Below the pieces are notes generated by a model, which was not told the origin of the DNA, did no database searches, and worked only from the letters and a program-made list of their open reading frames with translations. From a virus, in IMG/VR virus record IMGVR_UViG_3300031539_000002: a DNA stretch of 64,000 nt; one strand, given 5' to 3'. Positions within the stretch are counted from its first letter, which is position 1. Each line of letters starts with the position of its first letter. Positions 46,716-55,210 of the stretch are shown one piece after another. The position numbers and the translations under genes were made by a program.

Positions 46716-47231
46716 ATGGCCGCCACTTCGCTTGAAATCCTTGAGTACCCCGACCCTCGGTTGACCGCCCCTTGTGTTCCTGTTGGCGTCGCGCAGCTCG
46801 AGACGATGCAGGGGTTCATCGACGATCTCATCTACACGATGTTCTTCTCAGGGGGTGTGGGGCTTGCGGCCCCGCAGGTCGGCAACAACGTACGCATCTT
46901 CACGATTGACCAGAAGCCCATCAACGGGAGCCAGGGCGATCCATGGGTCTTCGTGAACCCCAAGGTCGAGGTTCTCGGCGAGGACATTGAGCGCCGCCGT
47001 GAGGGCTGCTTGAGTTTCCCCGGCGTGTTCATCTTCGCCAAGCGTCCCAAGTGGGTGAGGGTCACGGCCCTTGACCGCCATGGTGTGGAGTTCACGATGG
47101 ACACGACGGGAACGGACCTGCTTTCCTTGGCAGTCCAGCATGAGAACGACCATCTCGATGGCGTCTTGATGTCCGAGTACGCCGACAAGCGCGGTTTGAA
47201 GTCCATCAAGGCCTGGGCGGCTCAGCGGTAG
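46716..47231 (+). CDS. def: Peptide deformylase
   Basis: GVGLAAPQVG, EGCLS, QHENDHLDG. Confidence 0.95.
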   Translation: MAATSLEILEYPDPRLTAPCVPVGVAQLETMQGFIDDLIYTMFFSGGVGLAAPQVGNNVRIFTIDQKPINGSQGDPWVFVNPKVEVLGEDIERRREGCLSFPGVFIFAKRPKWVRVTALDRHGVEFTMDTTGTDLLSLAVQHENDHLDGVLMSEYADKRGLKSIKAWAAQR

Positions 47232-47248
47232 CGCTCCTATGCGACCAC
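47227..47248 (+). promoter_or_regulatory. Putative late-promoter motif
   Basis: GGTAGCGCTCCTATGCGACCAC; GTG follows 14 nt after CTAT. Confidence 0.55.
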
Positions 47249-47254
47249 CTCCGT

Positions 47255-47800
47255 GTGGTCATCGTAGTTCTCAACGGGTTTCTTGGTGCCCGACGTACAC
47301 GGCTCGATGTCACCGAGATCGTGGACAAGGCCGTGGCCGATTTGAAGGTTCGGCCCGAAGGCGTCATCCGCGGTCGAGGAGGGGCCGGCCCGGTGAAGTT
47401 CAACAAGCTCGCCAAACGCGTTGGAGGGTTGGCCTCGCAGGATCGTGTGCTCTTGCTGGTGGGCAAGAGTTTCGGGGCCCATTGGATCGTAAAAATGCTC
47501 TGGGATATGGCCGAGCGCGAGCAACTCGAGAAGTTCAAAGCAGTCGGGGCACTTACGGTGGACCCTGCCAATGCGCTTCACAAGCTGCAGCGGAAGACGA
47601 AGTCCATCCCCACGATCGACCGCATCGTGAATCTTCATCAGTACGGGTTCCGGTCTGGGTATCGCATCGGGCCGCCGGCCACGAACTTGGCGCTCGCGGC
47701 CACCCACAAAGGCATCGAGACCCACGCTCGAGTGGACTACGAGGTCCGTGAACTCCTCCAGTGGGGGTGCGCGTACCAGAGGGCTTCTCAGGCGTTCTGA
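47255..47800 (+). CDS. Small alpha/beta-hydrolase-like protein
   Basis: VLNGFLG oxyanion-like loop, LVGKSFGA nucleophile elbow (GxSxG), TVDP, distal His. Confidence 0.6.
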   Translation: MVIVVLNGFLGARRTRLDVTEIVDKAVADLKVRPEGVIRGRGGAGPVKFNKLAKRVGGLASQDRVLLLVGKSFGAHWIVKMLWDMAEREQLEKFKAVGALTVDPANALHKLQRKTKSIPTIDRIVNLHQYGFRSGYRIGPPATNLALAATHKGIETHARVDYEVRELLQWGCAYQRASQAF

Positions 47801-47938
47801 GGGGCCCGGGAGGTGGGCCGGGGATCAGGGCCCGAGCTTCTCACGGAGGCGCACAGGGCTTCTGGGAATGGATTTCGGGGTGCCTCGGTAGTATCCCCCG
47901 TGGGTGCGTATAACCCACCCGCCCTCCAAGGAATCCTG

Positions 47939-48832
47939 ATGAAAAAGAGCCCCCTCGTCTTGCTAGCCCTCAGCGCCCTCCTCACCGCCGCTTGCGGTCA
48001 ACGTGTCACTGTGGAAACCGGAGAAGTCGGGAAGGTCCTCGGCACTAGCGGTCTTGCAGATCGGGTACAGCAGCCGAGCAGCTTTCGCATGGAGACCTGT
48101 TGGGTCAGTGCGTGTCCGAAGCTCGTCCGTCTCCAGGTCAGCAAGAGCACGACGGTTCTCACCATCGACAGCCTCTACCTCCCGAAGTCCAACGTGGACA
48201 TCAGGAACGTGCAGGTGGGCATCGTCTACGAGGTCAAGTCCGACGAGGAAAGCATCGCGCAGATCTACGAAGAAGTGCGCCCTGAGTCTGTCGAGTCACA
48301 GATCATGTTGATCTCGGCTGAGAAGGTCTACGAGACATACCTTGCTCGCAAAGCTCCCGACGCCATCGTCACCGAGCTGCGCAAGCACACCGTCGAGGAC
48401 GTGCTCAGCAACGTGCCCGAGATTGCACAGGCCACCAAGGCGGCCATCGAAGAGATGCTGGGCGACGCCCCCATCCAAGTCACTGAACTCGGGTTCCCGA
48501 ACGGCATCGGTGAGGTGCCCCGCGAAGTCATCCAAGCCAAGCGCCGTCTCTACGCGGTGGATGAGGAGAAGGCCCGCACCGTTCGTGCGCTCGCGGCGGA
48601 ACTTGAGGTCGAGGCACAACGCCAAGCGGTGCAGAAGGTTCGTGCCGAGAACGATGTGCTCAACGCCAAGATCGCCGGTGTCCCCTACGACGTGTACGAG
48701 CATCTCAAGGTTCAGGAGCGTTTCGCGGACGCCGCCGACGCGATGGCAGAGGCGATCTCCGAAGGCAACCATGACGTGATCGTTCAAGCTCCCGCACCGC
48801 AGCTTCCGGCTGTGAAAGAAGAAGGCAAGTAG
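47939..48832 (+). CDS. SPFH/band-7 family lipoprotein
   Basis: Signal ending LTAAC; VETGEVGKV; C-terminal coiled coil. Confidence 0.7.
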   Translation: MKKSPLVLLALSALLTAACGQRVTVETGEVGKVLGTSGLADRVQQPSSFRMETCWVSACPKLVRLQVSKSTTVLTIDSLYLPKSNVDIRNVQVGIVYEVKSDEESIAQIYEEVRPESVESQIMLISAEKVYETYLARKAPDAIVTELRKHTVEDVLSNVPEIAQATKAAIEEMLGDAPIQVTELGFPNGIGEVPREVIQAKRRLYAVDEEKARTVRALAAELEVEAQRQAVQKVRAENDVLNAKIAGVPYDVYEHLKVQERFADAADAMAEAISEGNHDVIVQAPAPQLPAVKEEGK

Positions 48833-48834
48833 TC

Positions 48835-49203
48835 ATGGGCATCGTCAGTGTTCTGGGAATGTTCGGGGGCCTCGCGCTCTTGGTCGTCATCGCCCTCAAG
48901 ATCAACGCGCTTCGGAAGGAGGAGCCGGACGAGGACATCGCATGGGGGCTCAAACTCGGTGTGGCCGGGTGTCTCTTCGCCGTCGTGCTTGGCGTCACAG
49001 GGATCGTCAACAACTACTTCGTGAAAATCGAGACACCATTCGATCCCCCTGCTGCGGAACTCCCCGCCAAAGAGGGGCCGAAGGAGCCCATCGAAGTCCC
49101 TGAGGTCAAGTCCGTTGCCAAGCCTGATCCGATGAAGGACGCGAAGGACGACCATCACAAGGCGCTTGACGAATTCGGCAAGCAGCCCGAAGCCGACAAG
49201 TAG
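48835..49203 (+). CDS. Membrane protein (2 TM)
   Basis: Two hydrophobic segments. Confidence 0.65.
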   Translation: MGIVSVLGMFGGLALLVVIALKINALRKEEPDEDIAWGLKLGVAGCLFAVVLGVTGIVNNYFVKIETPFDPPAAELPAKEGPKEPIEVPEVKSVAKPDPMKDAKDDHHKALDEFGKQPEADK

Positions 49204-49395
49204 ATGGACCAGTTCGTCAAGGTCGCAGGGTACGCCCTTCTTTTCGTCATGTTCGGGGCGGCAGTGCTGTTGCTCCTGCACTACGCCGGGATCATCGTGG
49301 CCACGAGTGTTGCAGGGCTGTGGGCGTTTGTATGGGCCCCCGTGGCGGTGACTGTCACGGGCATTTTTGTCATCTGGATCTTCGACCAGATCTGA
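49204..49395 (+). CDS. Small membrane protein (2 TM)
   Basis: Hydrophobic 63 aa directly after the upstream stop. Confidence 0.6.
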   Translation: MDQFVKVAGYALLFVMFGAAVLLLLHYAGIIVATSVAGLWAFVWAPVAVTVTGIFVIWIFDQI

Positions 49396-49423
49396 CCATT
49401 TCCCCTGAGGGGTAGAATGATGG

Positions 49424-50533
49424 ATGGCAGACAAGGCACTGGTTCCTGGTGACCTCGAGCTTCTGAGTGGTGTCGAACACATCAGAAAGCGCCCGGGCAT
49501 GTACGTCGGGGATCTCGGACAGACCGGGGTTCACCACATGCTCTACTGGGCACTCGACGACATCCTCGCTAACGCGCGCGCCGGTCGAGGGAGTTTCGTT
49601 CAGGTCAAGCACTCGCACGACGGCTCCCTGACGATCTCTGATGATGGTAACACTATGCCGTCTCCTGACGAGAGGGGTGCAGGCATCACAGACCGCTTGG
49701 ACAATCTCGTGACTGAGATGCACGCGGGACATGACACTCGAGGCACGGCGCCCAAAGTCCAGCTCCGCGATTGGCTCGTCGTCATCCGAGCTCTGTCCGA
49801 GATGTTCACCATCACCGCGCGTGTGGGGGCTGAGTACTACACGCGAACCTATGCCGCAGGCGTCCCCATGACGGAATGGGAGACGACGGAGGTTCGCAGT
49901 CTCCTCAATCCGAACATGGTGGTCCGGTTCAAACCCGACCCGGAGATCTTCGAGCGTACCGACTTCGTATGGGACCGTATCCGAACTCGGCTCCGACACA
50001 TGGCGGCGACGTACCCCAAGTTGCTGACGGACTTCGTCTACGAGCCCAGTAACAACGAACCCCTGGAGTACGAGCACATCAGGATGCCGAATGGCATGGC
50101 CGATATGCTCAAGGTCATCACCAAGGACGACAGGTTTTACGGCCAGAGGCCCAAGGAACCTTTGCGTCTGTGTGTACAGCAAGATGGGCTTGCGTTCGAC
50201 GTAGCCCTCCAGTGGGGATCGGTTCCCCCTCCTGCGGAGAGCGCGTCCCGACGCATTCATTCGTGGGCCAACACCGTCGAAACGCGCGATGGGTCCCACG
50301 TCCTTGGGCTCAAAGACGCGTTGCGGGAAACGGGGCTTGAGGACGTGCCCTACTACGTTTGCATTTCTGTGTTCGTCCCGCAGCCCAAGTTCGTAACGCC
50401 TACGAAAAACGAGCTCCGCAACCCCGAGATCCGCAGGCTCATTCGGGAGCACTTGACGCCAGCACTGCGGAGGCTTCAAGAGAACGACGGGTTCGCACTC
50501 GACCTTGAGCACATCAGGGGGCGCCGGTTGTGA
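49424..50533 (+). CDS. GyrB/ParE N-terminal-like fragment (degenerate GHKL + transducer)
   Basis: LSGVEHIRKRPGMYVG, ISDDG, VRFKPDPEIF, SWANTVETRDGSH, PKF..TKNEL; no TOPRIM domain. Confidence 0.8.
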   Translation: MADKALVPGDLELLSGVEHIRKRPGMYVGDLGQTGVHHMLYWALDDILANARAGRGSFVQVKHSHDGSLTISDDGNTMPSPDERGAGITDRLDNLVTEMHAGHDTRGTAPKVQLRDWLVVIRALSEMFTITARVGAEYYTRTYAAGVPMTEWETTEVRSLLNPNMVVRFKPDPEIFERTDFVWDRIRTRLRHMAATYPKLLTDFVYEPSNNEPLEYEHIRMPNGMADMLKVITKDDRFYGQRPKEPLRLCVQQDGLAFDVALQWGSVPPPAESASRRIHSWANTVETRDGSHVLGLKDALRETGLEDVPYYVCISVFVPQPKFVTPTKNELRNPEIRRLIREHLTPALRRLQENDGFALDLEHIRGRRL

Positions 50534-50847
50534 TGGAGCACTACGAACAGGTCCAAGACCTTCTGCGCAAGATCCACAAGGACACCATGTTCCGGTCGGA
50601 CCCTGCGCTCGACCACCCTTGCTATGCCGAACTCGTGGGCATGGGCCCCGAGATCGTTCCGGCGCTCCTACGTCAGCTCGAGGAGTTCCACGACCCCGGC
50701 GACTTGTCGATCTGGCACGCCATTTCAGCCCTGTACGCGTTGACCAAGGCCAGCCCAATTCCGCAGGAACACGCCGGCAGGCTGAGGCTCATCATCGAAG
50801 ACTGGCTTGAGTGGGGACGGAAGGAAGGCATCGAATGGGGTTCGTAA
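50533..50847 (+). CDS. Hypothetical protein
   Basis: TGATG coupling; HEAT-like YAELVGMGPEIVPALL. Confidence 0.6.
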   Translation: MEHYEQVQDLLRKIHKDTMFRSDPALDHPCYAELVGMGPEIVPALLRQLEEFHDPGDLSIWHAISALYALTKASPIPQEHAGRLRLIIEDWLEWGRKEGIEWGS

Positions 50848-51506
50848 TCGGAATCGACGAAGCTGGACGTGGCCCCGTGCTTGGGCCGTTGGTGATGGCG
50901 GCCGTGATGATCACGCCCGAGCAGGAAGCGGAACTTGAGGGATTCGGTATTCAAGACAGCAAGAAGTACGGCAGTGGCAAAAAGGCCAAGCAGGCTCGTC
51001 TCGCAGCTCGTCCTGCGGTGCTCTCCAGGTGCGAGCACAGGATTGTGGTGTTCTCCCCTGAGGAGATCGATCGCTACGTGGAGCAGGGACGCCTTGACGA
51101 TCTTGAGCGCGAAGGGGCCGAACGCCTTCTCGCTGAGATCGGCGCTACGTCCGTGGACAAGATCATCTGCGACGGAGAACCCATCTTCGCTCGACTCCAG
51201 CACCGGTGGCCGAAGCTGGTGGCAGAGAACAAGGCTGACGGTAAGTATGTCTGCGTGTCTGCGGCTTCCATCCTCGCCAAGGTCCGACGTGACGAGCTCA
51301 TGGACGAGATCGTCTGCAAGTACGAAACAGAGTACGGCAAGATTACAGGGGGCGGCTACGTCAACAAGGGGAGTCGAGATTTCCTTGAGGCGTACGAGGC
51401 CAAACACGGAACCCTTCCACCGGAGGCACGCAAATCATGGACGTGGCGGAAGAAGCCAGACTTCGTCGATGGGCCGAGCATCGCCGACATGCTCAACGAC
51501 GCTTGA
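50835..51506 (+). CDS. rnhB: Ribonuclease HII
   Basis: GIDEAGRGPVLGP, DSKK, KAD, SAASILAKV. Confidence 0.93.
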   Translation: MGFVIGIDEAGRGPVLGPLVMAAVMITPEQEAELEGFGIQDSKKYGSGKKAKQARLAARPAVLSRCEHRIVVFSPEEIDRYVEQGRLDDLEREGAERLLAEIGATSVDKIICDGEPIFARLQHRWPKLVAENKADGKYVCVSAASILAKVRRDELMDEIVCKYETEYGKITGGGYVNKGSRDFLEAYEAKHGTLPPEARKSWTWRKKPDFVDGPSIADMLNDA

Positions 51507-51820
51507 AGTCTACCGAGGACCACCTGTTCCACGAGCGCCTCGTGGCTCACTTCGGGGATCGCGTCGCGGAGTTCTCCGTTGACCTGCTCGAGATGTTCCA
51601 CGGCCTCTGGATTGACGGACAACTTCACGGAGCCGGACTCTTGTGCGACCGCTGCGGGGCCACTGAGGGGGTCAAGCTCATCGGGGCCATGACTTCGTAT
51701 ACCGAGACCGAGGACAACCCCGATCCCAATCATCCCACGCCCTACTGTCTCCCCTGCGCCAAAGAGTACGAGGAGCACTGGCAAGAGATGTGGGACGAGT
51801 ACAATGCGGGAAGGCTGTGA
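51503..51820 (+). CDS. Small Zn-binding hypothetical protein
   Basis: CDRC...CLPC; TTGA/GTGA overlaps. Confidence 0.5.
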   Translation: MKSTEDHLFHERLVAHFGDRVAEFSVDLLEMFHGLWIDGQLHGAGLLCDRCGATEGVKLIGAMTSYTETEDNPDPNHPTPYCLPCAKEYEEHWQEMWDEYNAGRL

Positions 51821-52335
51821 AACGCGTCTACACCATCGGGCACAGCAACCGCCCCACCGAGCATCTCGTAGCTCGTCTCAAGCGCCATGGGGTCAAGGTT
51901 CTCGCGGACGTGCGCAGCCGACCTTTTAGCCGTCACAACCCGCAGTTCAACCGCTACGAAATCGCAGAGGTTCTGCGCCAAGCGAGCATTCCCTACGTCT
52001 GGATGGGGCACGCGCTTGGGGGGATGCCTGACGATCCGGCGCTCAAGATAGGGGGCCGGGCAGACTACGCGAAGATTCGTCGCTCTCAGCCGTACCAAGA
52101 CGGGCTTGAGGACCTTGTGACAGGGCTGGAGTCCCCGTTGACCCCGGTGGCGCTCATGTGCAGTGAGCAGGACCCATCAGGGTGTCATCGACGACGCCTT
52201 GTTGGTGTCGATCTCGTGAGCCGGGGATACGAGCTCGTGCACATCTTGGGGGATGGTGAGCTGGCGACGGAGCACGACATCCGTGAGGGCACTGGCGAGA
52301 ACCAGCCTTCGGTGCTTGACCTGTTCAGTGATTGA
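51817..52335 (+). CDS. DUF488-family protein
   Basis: YTIGHSN, LADVRSRPFS, LMCSE..CHRR. Confidence 0.85.
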   Translation: MKRVYTIGHSNRPTEHLVARLKRHGVKVLADVRSRPFSRHNPQFNRYEIAEVLRQASIPYVWMGHALGGMPDDPALKIGGRADYAKIRRSQPYQDGLEDLVTGLESPLTPVALMCSEQDPSGCHRRRLVGVDLVSRGYELVHILGDGELATEHDIREGTGENQPSVLDLFSD

Positions 52336-52858
52336 GGTCGAGGCCCAGTTCGCGTAGACACCTGAAAGCGATTATCTCGAGGTCTTGGATGGTGCCGTCG
52401 TTGGTGATCGCCGCGTCCACCGGGAGCTTGTGTTTCTCTGCTTCGTGTCCGGTGTCAGGAGCCTCGACGCCGGGGCGCGTGATACGGAGGACCTTGGCTT
52501 TGTGCCCCCGGAAGAAGGGAATCTCGTTGGGGTAGCGCAGGTCATCGACCACAAGAGGGCCATCGGGTCGTGTGTTGTGCCAGGCCATCAGCCAGAGGTC
52601 CGGGTGGATGAGGTCACGCCACTCTTTGCCGAGGGTCTGCATCGCCCACCGAGGAGTCTTCCCGCCAAGAAGGTCCGTGGGCAACTCTTTGAGAGCACCC
52701 TCGATGTGTTCCTCCGTGAGGCCCAGACAGCGCAGCATGTTTTTGAGCGGGGTGGCGATCTTGTGCCTGGTGAACCCGTACTCACGAATGAGGTAGTCGG
52801 CCACGACTCCTTTGCCAGAGTGCGGGAGACCGTTCAGACAGACGATGGGGGCACTCAT
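52325..52858 (-). CDS. Deoxynucleoside monophosphate kinase
   Basis: GLPHSGKG, TPRWAMQTLGKEW, DDLRYPNE, ITNDGT. Confidence 0.85.
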   Translation of the reverse strand: MSAPIVCLNGLPHSGKGVVADYLIREYGFTRHKIATPLKNMLRCLGLTEEHIEGALKELPTDLLGGKTPRWAMQTLGKEWRDLIHPDLWLMAWHNTRPDGPLVVDDLRYPNEIPFFRGHKAKVLRITRPGVEAPDTGHEAEKHKLPVDAAITNDGTIQDLEIIAFRCLRELGLDLNH

Positions 52859-53154
52859 GAGACGTTGAACCCTACGCAGGTGAGGACGCCATTGACAACG
52901 AGATCGCCGCCCACGAATACGTCCCCGTCGAACGTGGCGCCTTGTTCGTAGGTGACGGGCTCCTTGAAAAGATGGACGGTTTCGACCTGGAGGTTTGTGC
53001 CCGATTTCTCAAGTTCGCGGAGTACCCAGTCGAGTTCCCCGATGGCGGCGTCCGCAGCCGTGGAGGCGTCCCAGTCCCGGCGGTCTCCCGCAGAAGCGCT
53101 TTGGTTGCGACGCTCCTCGAGGCGCTTTTTGATGGCTTCTCGCAGCTCTCTCAT
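52855..53154 (-). CDS. Hypothetical protein
   Basis: ATGA coupling; GGTATGGT box upstream. Confidence 0.55.
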   Translation of the reverse strand: MRELREAIKKRLEERRNQSASAGDRRDWDASTAADAAIGELDWVLRELEKSGTNLQVETVHLFKEPVTYEQGATFDGDVFVGGDLVVNGVLTCVGFNVS

Positions 53155-53279
53155 GAATCGACCATACCGACTTGACGCGACCGGCTTCGACCCCTACTTT
53201 GGGATCTCGTGCCACTCGCACCACAACTGAATCTGCCTGAGAGGGGACCTCCGTGACGTAGCTGCTCTGCAACTACGTC

Positions 53280-53615
53280 ATGTCGAAGTCCAACACTCAC
53301 AAGAGCCAGAACAGCAACCCCAACCCCCGCAAGAAGAACGATCCCCGCTACAAGCGGGTAATCGTTGGCTACCGTCTGGTAGCCATGACGGCGGACCAGG
53401 TGGACCAAATCTCCGAGATGGAGGGTCGTACGGACCCCCGGACCGCTTGGTGGAACGCCATCAGTAAGGGGCCCCGGTGCCGCAAGTGTTTCCTGCGGCT
53501 CCCCGAGGGCCGCAAGACCCACTTCTGTCGGTGGGACATCAAACAGGAGGGGCCACGAGACCCGAAGCCGGCCATGCGCCAGGTGCCCCTTTACCGGTGG
53601 GTGCTCAAGGAGTGA
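53280..53615 (+). CDS. Basic hypothetical protein with Cys/His cluster
   Basis: CRKC...HFC. Confidence 0.55.
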   Translation: MSKSNTHKSQNSNPNPRKKNDPRYKRVIVGYRLVAMTADQVDQISEMEGRTDPRTAWWNAISKGPRCRKCFLRLPEGRKTHFCRWDIKQEGPRDPKPAMRQVPLYRWVLKE

Positions 53616-53632
53616 GGCGGGTACGGTGAAGC

Positions 53633-53857
53633 ATGCCCATCACTCCTGAGGAATTGGACAAGCGCTTCACCTACCATCCTCCAACCGGAGACCAGCCCGA
53701 GCGGTACACGAAGATCGGCGCGAAGGTTCGCGAACTTGCGGACCTCATCGTCGAACTCTGTCCCGACTCGCGAGAACAGGCGCTCGCCATGACGCATCTC
53801 GAGGAAGTGCGTATGTGGGCCAACGCGGGCATCGCTCGGAGGTTGACCGGTGGGTAG
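53633..53857 (+). CDS. Acb2/Tad1-like helical hairpin protein (candidate nucleotide-signal sponge)
   Basis: FTYHPP...SREQALAMTHLEEVRMWAN resembles the Tad1 C-terminal SRExxxAxTxxEEAxMWxN helix (recalled, not searched). Confidence 0.65.
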   Translation: MPITPEELDKRFTYHPPTGDQPERYTKIGAKVRELADLIVELCPDSREQALAMTHLEEVRMWANAGIARRLTGG

Positions 53858-54062
53858 TTTCGACATCAAAGGCGGTCACGGCGGCGTCTCCATGGGCTGT
53901 CGTTACTGCGGCGAGAGTCTTGTGCGCGACCCTTCAACGGGCAACTACCGGTGTGACACCGCCGGTTGTGGGAAGGGGAGCCTCTCGAGCCCCGATGGGA
54001 TCGAAACCACTGTCGATGAGCACGGGAACGTGAGGCTCACGTCGGGCAAGAAGCCTTCGTGA
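53850..54062 (+). CDS. Small Zn-ribbon protein
   Basis: CRYC...CDTAGC. Confidence 0.5.
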   Translation: MGSFDIKGGHGGVSMGCRYCGESLVRDPSTGNYRCDTAGCGKGSLSSPDGIETTVDEHGNVRLTSGKKPS

Positions 54063-54094
54063 ATTTGTCTATTCCCCCACGGGTATAAGGGAAG

Positions 54095-54424
54095 ATGGCA
54101 GCGGAAGATCGCACCGAAGAACGCAAAGGGGGCGTGGAGCTCAAGGAGCGCGACGAGCAGCGCCTCAAGAAGCCTCGGAAGTACCGGGTGATCATCCTCA
54201 ACGATGACTTCACGCCTATCGAGTTCGTCGTGGGTCTTGTGGTCAACGTGTTCCGCAAGAGCCACGAGGATGCTGCGAGGATTACGCTCGAGGTTCACCA
54301 GAAAGGTGCGGCAGTGGCGGGGATTTACACGCACGAGATTGCCGAAACCAAATGCGCCATCGCACTGTCCTACGCGGCCCAGAACGAGCATCCCCTCCAG
54401 CTCACGATGGAACCCGAGGACTGA
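54095..54424 (+). CDS. clpS: ClpS N-end-rule adaptor
   Basis: YRVIILNDDFTPIEFVV, VHQKG, EIAETK, HPLQLTME. Confidence 0.95.
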   Translation: MAAEDRTEERKGGVELKERDEQRLKKPRKYRVIILNDDFTPIEFVVGLVVNVFRKSHEDAARITLEVHQKGAAVAGIYTHEIAETKCAIALSYAAQNEHPLQLTMEPED

Positions 54425-54430
54425 GCTCGT

Positions 54431-54452
54431 GGTAAGCGCCCTATAGCTCTCC
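54431..54452 (+). promoter_or_regulatory. Putative late-promoter motif
   Basis: GGTAAGCGCCCTATAGCTCTCC; ATG follows 14 nt after CTAT. Confidence 0.6.
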
Positions 54453-54458
54453 CTGAGC

Positions 54459-55187
54459 ATGGTTACGCTCAGAGACGGTTCCGAAGTCCAAGACACCCGA
54501 CTCGCGCGTCTCGTGCAGTTTGACGAGCGGTCTCGGAACCACCCCATCATGGCCGCTGTGGGCACCAAGAAGAAGCCCCGGAGCTACTCTTGGTCCTGCG
54601 CGCAGCATCTCGACCAAGGCTCTGAGGGGGCTTGTGTTGGCTTCTCGATGACGCACGAGCTGATCGCTCGCCCTGCCGAGGTTCAACATCTCAGCGCCCC
54701 CTTTGCGAGGGAGCAAGTCTACTGGGAGGCGCAGCGGATCGACGAGTGGGAGGGCGGTTCTTATCCTGGAGCGTCTCCGACGTACGAAGGGACTTCGGTT
54801 CTGGCTGGCATCAAAGTGCTCCAGAAAATGGGCTACATCGAGGGGTACAAATGGGCCTTTGGCTTGAACGATCTGGTCATGGCTGTGGGCTACTGCGGAC
54901 CTGCGGTGCTCGGGGTGCCTTGGTACGAAGGCATGTTCGATCCGTGGGCGTGTGGTCATCTTCATGTTCAGGGGGAGTTGATGGGAGGCCACGCCATTCT
55001 CTGCAACGGAGTGAACGTCAAGGATCGCACCTTCACGCTTCACAACTCGTGGGGAGCAGCTTGGGGGAACGGCGGAGACGCCAAGGTCTCGTGGGATGAG
55101 ATGGACCGCCTGCTTCATGAACAAGGTGAGGCGGTGATCCCGATGGGTCGTAAAAAGTCCCTTCTGAGCCGTTTGTTGGGACGTTGA
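54459..55187 (+). CDS. Papain-like (C1) cysteine peptidase
   Basis: DQGSEGACVGF, GGHAI, NSWG..WG. Confidence 0.9.
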   Translation: MVTLRDGSEVQDTRLARLVQFDERSRNHPIMAAVGTKKKPRSYSWSCAQHLDQGSEGACVGFSMTHELIARPAEVQHLSAPFAREQVYWEAQRIDEWEGGSYPGASPTYEGTSVLAGIKVLQKMGYIEGYKWAFGLNDLVMAVGYCGPAVLGVPWYEGMFDPWACGHLHVQGELMGGHAILCNGVNVKDRTFTLHNSWGAAWGNGGDAKVSWDEMDRLLHEQGEAVIPMGRKKSLLSRLLGR

Positions 55188-55210
55188 GTAGAATACCGGG
55201 AGACCGGTAC

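Noticed and set aside
49424-50533. Functional gyrB
   Set aside because: Too short, no TOPRIM domain, catalytic ATPase residues altered
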